Part shown: positions 63,794-64,000 of the stretch, piece by piece
Position numbering within the stretch: position 1 is the stretch's first letter
Layout: each line of letters starts with the position of its first letter
NCBI GenBank assembly: GCA_043228905.1
Contig: JBHGNT010000020.1
Coordinates: 13,454,001 to 13,518,000, forward strand
Direction: 5' to 3'
Length of the DNA: 64,000 nt
Source: Azolla caroliniana
Taxonomy: Eukaryota; Plantae; Polypodiophyta
Position numbers and translations under genes: made by a program
The notes under the pieces: generated by a model
Told to the model about the DNA's origin: nothing
Database searches by the model: none
What the model saw: the letters and a program-made list of their open reading frames with translations, nothing else

Positions 63794-64000
63794 GAGCGAG
63801 CACCAGGTATTTGGGCTTCCAATTTGGCTTCAGTACTCCTCCTGAGACTATGATTGTACTAATTATTCACTCCATTCAGCAAAAGTTGATACATTGGAGC
63901 TTGAAAAAACCCTCACTAGCAAGACGTATCATAGTGGTGAATCATGTATTACTTGCAACAACGTGGTACAACCTATCATGTTGGACGATCTCCAAAGGAA
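63794..64000 (+). pseudogene. Continuation of LINE ORF2 after the T2 insertion
   Basis: IQQKLIHWSLKKPSLARRIIVVNHVLLATTWYNLSCW is the typical L1 post-RT segment. Confidence 0.75.

Overview
Eukaryotic, almost entirely transposon-derived DNA, most likely from a large-genome non-seed land plant such as a fern or lycophyte (inference from Tcn1-like chromoviruses, a Ylt1-like Gypsy, a Cassandra-type 5S LTR and a plant ATXR5/6 relic). I see no intact host gene. The core is a nest of LTR retrotransposons resolved by 5-bp TSDs: an old Copia (G, 21849-~50010) carries a young chromovirus (T1, 22277-27903) and an Athila/Tat-related Gypsy (C, 30517-49467), and C carries two Copias (D, 35690-38996; H, 39757-45468). 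Also present are a very young Copia (A, 15107-20574) inserted in an ATXR5/6 SET-domain relic, the 3' part of a second C-like Gypsy (B), a truncated Ylt1-like Gypsy (F), a second chromovirus (T2, 56886-63788) and LINE debris. Main observations: (1) C and B lack a polypurine tract and instead carry a sense copy of a tRNA-Arg-like 3' end (ending CCA in C, CTA in B) 2 nt before the 3' LTR, suggesting tRNA priming of both DNA strands; (2) chromovirus LTRs begin with an antisense tRNA-like Pol III module; (3) they have self-priming sites that covary between families, each with a hairpin over the primer; (4) a 173-bp satellite has formed inside one LTR; (5) an intronless ATXR5/6 fragment lies directly behind an LTR+PBS. 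Mismatch counts and family or tRNA assignments were made by eye and from memory, with no database search.
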